DNA of 64,000 bases from Mobula hypostoma (lineage: Eukaryota), in contig NC_086097.1 of NCBI RefSeq assembly GCF_963921235.1, forward strand, positions 194,744,001-194,808,000. The letters run 5' to 3'. Positions within the stretch are counted from its first letter, which is position 1. Each line of letters starts with the position of its first letter. The position numbers were made by a program, and so were the translations under genes. The notes below the pieces were generated by a model. That model was not told the origin of the DNA, did not search any database, and was given only the letters and a program-made list of their open reading frames with translations. This document shows positions 62,722 to 64,000 of the stretch, piece by piece.

Positions 62722-64000
62722 GTCATAGAGTCATAGAGAAGTACAGCATAGAAACAAGCCCTTCAGCCCATCTAGTCTATGCCAGAAACCCTTTAAACTA
62801 TCTATTCCTAACGACTTTCACAGGGACTATCACCCTCCATTTACCTACTATCCATGTACCAATCCAAGCTTCTCGTAAGCATTGAAATCAAGCTCACATG
62901 CACCAAATGCACTGGCAGCTCATTCCACACTCTCAGAATCCTCTGAGTTAAGAGGCTTCCCCTCATGTTGCGCTTAATCTTCTCACCTTTAAACCTTAGG
63001 CCATGACTTCTGGTTGTAGTCCTACCCAACTTCAATGGAAAAACCCTATCTATACCCCTCATAATTTTATATACCTCTATAAAATCTCCTCTCAATCTTC
63101 TGCATTCTAAGTAATACAGTCCTAACCTATTCAATCTTTCCTTATAACTCAGGTCCTCCAAACCCGGCAACATACTTGTAAATTTTCTCTGCACTCTTTC
63201 AACCTTGTTTACAACTTTTCTGTAGGTAGGTGACCAAAACTGCACACAATACTCCAATTAGGCATCATCAATGTCTTATACAACTTCAACATAACCTCAT
63301 CTTCTGTACTCAGTACATTGATTTATGAAGGCCAACGTGCCAAAAATGTTCTTTACGAATCTAACTATCTGTGACGCCAACTTCAATTAATTATGTACCT
63401 GTATTTCCAGATCCCCTTGTTCTACCACAATCCTTAATGCCGTACCGTTCACTGTGTAAGAACTACCCTCAATAGTCCTACTCAAGTGCAAAACATAACA
63501 GTTGTCTGCATTAAATTCTATCTGTCATTTTTCAGCCCATTTTTCCAGCTGATGCAGATCCCTTCGGAAGCCATGATGGCCCTTCTCACTGTCCACTACA
63601 TCCCCAGTCTTGCTGTTATCTGCAAATTTGCTGATCTGGTTAAGCACATTAGCATTCAGATAATTCATGGAGATGACAAACAACAATGGACACAACACCG
63701 ATTCCTGCAGCACTCCACTAGTCGCGGGTCTCCGATCAGAAAGGCAACCATCTATGACCACTCTCTGGCTTCTCCCACAGAGCCAATCTCTAATACAATT
63801 TACTACCTCATCGTAAATGCCGAGCAACTGAACCTTATTGACCAGCTTTTCACACGGGACCTTGTCAAATCCTTACTAAAGTCCATGTCGACAACATCTC
63901 CTGCATTGCCTTCATCCACTTTCTTGGTAACTTCCTCAAAAAACTCTATAAGATTGGCTAAACATGACCTATCACACATACGGTCATGTGGACTATCCTT
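62722..64000 (-). mobile_element. CR1 3' part (RT), running off the window
   Basis: (tcatagag) tail; [16 protein letters not shown]. Confidence 0.9.

Noticed and set aside
1..64000. CRISPR arrays, prokaryotic operons, and the many short ORFs in AT-rich stretches
   Set aside because: No repeat-spacer periodicity; the DNA is eukaryotic and repeat-derived; the short ORFs are antisense or off-frame to TEs or look random

Overview
Eukaryotic (vertebrate) non-genic DNA made almost entirely of nested retroelements. I found no confidently identifiable host gene, RNA gene or CRISPR array. The repeat mix (abundant CR1, Rex1/Babar, Penelope with hammerhead ribozymes, Deu- and V-SINE-like elements, R4/Dong) suggests a cartilaginous fish, probably a ray; this is inference. 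Main contents: (1) a young L1 (308-5295) with a 16-bp TSD and a 2.5-kb twin-priming-type 5' inversion; (2) a full-length chromoviral (Tf1/sushi-type) Gypsy (12241-17376) with an 11-nt self-priming PBS, inserted in an older Gypsy; (3) a second full-length Gypsy (23840-28337, minus) nested in a CR1 that is itself nested in a Penelope. This third element has no tRNA PBS. Instead it has a perfect 16-nt PBS complementary to its own poly(A)-signal region, and its RT motif reads YLDN; it is the most unusual system here. (4) Penelope elements, one with an intact minimal hammerhead ribozyme and one forming a ~157-bp palindromic mini-insertion; (5) three copies of a non-coding retroposon with a YY1-motif head and a 3' hairpin; (6) two solo LTRs, SINEs, and Tc1 and hAT remnants. 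Family names come from recognised protein or DNA motifs, not database searches. Boundaries of decayed elements are approximate.
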